NCBI GenBank assembly: GCA_043228905.1
Contig: JBHGNT010000010.1
Span: 9,548,001-9,612,000, forward strand
DNA: 64,000 nt
Source of the DNA: Azolla caroliniana
Lineage: Eukaryota; Plantae; Polypodiophyta
Reading direction: 5' to 3'
In this document: positions 64,000 to 64,000 of the stretch, in pieces
Numbering within the stretch: the stretch's first letter is position 1
Layout of the letters: every line of letters starts with the position of its first letter
Notes under the pieces: model-generated
The model's database searches: none
Told to the model about the DNA's origin: nothing
Seen by the model: only the letters and a program-made list of their open reading frames with translations
Translations under genes and position numbers: made by a program

Positions 64000-64000
64000 C

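Overview
Repeat-dense eukaryotic DNA from a land plant, probably a non-seed plant such as a fern (inferred from a Tcn1-like chromovirus and the gag/pol types). Most of the window is nested, decayed LTR retrotransposons: several Ty1/Copia copies (one family present four times), a chromodomain Ty3/Gypsy, non-chromoviral Gypsy elements and solo LTRs with TSDs. It also holds one probable host gene (8172-8810), a MITE and three tandem arrays. Four observations stand out. (1) An 11.4-kb Gypsy insertion is bounded by INVERTED LTR+PBS ends yet has a perfect 5-bp TSD, and its empty site is visible in a nearby duplicate. (2) A diverse tRNA-Trp-primed, largely gag-only clade has a conserved U5 motif and 4-bp CpG-centred target sites. 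(3) tRNA-like Pol III A/B-box cassettes sit in the LTRs of unrelated families. (4) An intact orphan coiled-coil ORF of more than 676 aa abuts an LTR. All calls were made by eye and no searches were run.
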